Shown here piece by piece: positions 61,787 through 64,000 of a DNA stretch of 64,000 nt. Numbering within the stretch: position 1 is the first letter of the stretch; each line of letters begins with the position of its first letter. Source of the stretch: Callorhinchus milii. Its lineage: Eukaryota. The stretch is taken from assembly GCF_018977255.1 (NCBI RefSeq), contig NW_024704743.1:95234001-95298000 (forward strand). Reading direction: 5' to 3'. Position numbers and translations under genes: made by a program. The notes below the pieces were generated by a model. It saw only the letters and a list, made by a program, of their open reading frames with translations, did not search any database and was not told the DNA's origin.

Positions 61787-64000
61787 TAAATCCTGCGAAG
61801 CACTTTGAGACGTCCTCCTGACGTGAAAGGCGCTGTATTGCATTCAAGGGTTATTATTATTTGAGCTTTTTTAAAGAAAAGCAGCCAATTGGTCAATGAT
61901 CATTAGTTTCAACCACGTGAAGGTCCTCCTGACCTGAAAGTTGCCATATCAATGTAAATTGTATTGTAATGTGTCATATTGAATAATTATTGGGTGAAGG
62001 AATAATTAGAGCTCCAAAGAATAGAGGAATAGAACAACAGCAACAACAAATTTACATTAATACTGCATCCTTAGTGTTAGGAGGATGTCCCAATGCACTG
62101 AGCTGGGGCTGGGGCCCGGAAGGGGAGGAGAGAGGTGTTGGGAGGGGAGGAGAGGGGGAGGGGGTTGGGAGGGGAGGGGAGTAGAGGGGGCGGTTGGGAG
62201 GAAAGGAGAAGGGGCGGATTGGGAGGGGAGGAAAGGGGTGTTTTGGAAGGGCTAGACGGGTTGGGGGGAAGGCACACTCAAAGAGGAAGGTCTTGAGACG
62301 GTCCTTGAAGGAGGCAAGGCAATACAATATTTCCTCATTCATTTACCACTGATGATAAGAATGTACAAAATCGGCCGTTTAATGTTTTGTTTGACTTTGG
62401 TTGCATATTTGCTCTCAGGCAGATAAATAGGCTGAGTCAATAAACAATTTGCCATGTTCCCAGAAATAATGCAGTCATGAGGTAATATGTCAAATGAAAC
62501 ATCTCCTCATTTGGACTGCAAAGTTATAAGTCCCTCGCTCCATGTAGTTTGTAGTGAAGAAAGAAAAAATCACACTGGTAAGTAATCTATAACCACAAGC
62601 ATTTAATGCACGTTAATAGGTCTGTTTGTCCTTCCTCTTCTACACCATTCCTCCATTCTCTGATTGTCCTTCCTCTACACCATTCCTCTGTTCTCTGAGA
62701 CTGTTTTTCAAAACCACTTTGCCTTGCTATATCGCTCCCTGCCTTAAAAAAGTATCCTGGAAATAAACCTCTTGGACTGTGCCTTTGGTCAGCAACCTTT
62801 AAATCTCTTATTTTCTTACCTGATGTTCACCACAACAGTTGTCAAGCACTTTTTGTTCTTTCACTATATAATTGTAAGTTGTTATTTTCCATTTATGGGA
62901 CACCATAGAGAAATATCAGTAATGTAAGTTCATCTGGCAGTAATAAAGAAGATAAAACAGTGGTTTATTTTATCCCTTTGGTTATTTATACTGAGAACCT
63001 TGATGTATATTTTGATCTCAATTTTATAATAATAATCCTTGCATTTGATATAGCACCTTATCATATTGAGACATCTCAAATGTATATAATATATACAATA
63101 CTGTCAATACTGTCACAAATTATGTACTCTGGGTGTGGATGAATTCTACCCAATTGTCTTGGTCAGCTCAGGCACAAACGATATTATCACTGCAGGATGC
63201 AGTACTTTCTCACAAAGTAGCCACAGTTCTGGTCTAATTCCAAGGAGGTTGTAATTATCGAGACTGAACCAGGTAGTAGTTTTCCACTGGAGTTTTTAAA
63301 TTAAGAGTCCTCAAATGATTTCAGAGATGGTAGATTTTACAGAGTCTCTTTGATACAGAAGTTTGAATGCTACGCTTAGAAATTCTCTTAAATTCCAGAT
63401 CAGACTGACCCAGCAGCCCCTGTTTCCCGTCTGGCTTACCCCCTTGTTTTCTCACTTTCCCTTGTTTTGAGAACTCTCCACTCTCAAACTCCATCTCCTG
63501 ACACTAAACAAAAGTTTGAGACACAATAAAGACTGGATATCGATAAGAATTATTGTTGATTGCTGGAGTTTAGCACTTGGGGCAGGAGTACATTCATCTG
63601 AGTTTCAGTAACGGACGACAAGGGGGATCAGGCCAACATGCCTAGGAGGAAGCTCAATCAGTTGTTAGTTGCTGTTTGCCGTGCTATTAAAACCCATACC
63701 ATGATTTTCCTTTTTAAACTTGTAACAATGCTCAATAAGACACCACGTTGACTGTTGACTAAAAATGACTTTTTCCACAAATACAATACAAATTGACATT
63801 TATATGGAACTTTTCATATCAGGAGGCTTATCACTTATATAAACATACTCTACTCAGTGTACAATGCACAAGAGATTGCTTCTTCCAAGAACTAACAAAA
63901 ATGGATTATTTTTCACTAGTCGTGTGATATATTCAACAGCATATCAGCTCTGTGAGATAGAGTGAGCAATCATGCAAGTCAATGAGGTCAGTGCCTGAGG

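Noticed and set aside
62100..62270. G-rich tract with G-quadruplex potential
   Set aside because: It is the purine-rich antisense 3' UTR of an L2 fragment, common throughout the window.

Overview
Vertebrate genomic DNA, very probably a cartilaginous fish (possibly a chimaera), judged from the repeat families: abundant L2 LINEs with a GGGACGTCCTCCTGACGTGAAAGGCGCT..(TTG)n tail, Deu-domain tRNA SINEs, CR1 and a shark-type Penelope-like fragment. The window has two compartments. (1) Bases 1 to ~41.3 kb are a tRNA gene array built from an Ala(AGC) > < Met(CAT, elongator) < > Tyr(GTA, 20-nt intron) triplet. The triplet is amplified in ~9-10 kb higher-order blocks that carry their own CR1/L2 fossils, and the first ~6.85 kb is inverted relative to the rest. 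About 16 intact or near-intact tRNA genes are mixed with more than 20 pseudogenes and fragments. These include a Met CAT>TAT anticodon-switched family, an Ala AGC>TGC variant and a tRNA-Met split at the anticodon loop by a Penelope-like insertion with a 14-bp target-site duplication. (2) Bases 42.7-61.3 kb hold a complete 13-coding-exon RIOK3 gene on the minus strand (1530 nt, 509 aa, all introns GT-AG, phases consistent), with a CpG-rich promoter and a long L2 fold-back in intron 8. Repeat boundaries are approximate, and all family assignments come from recognition of the sequence, not from database searches.
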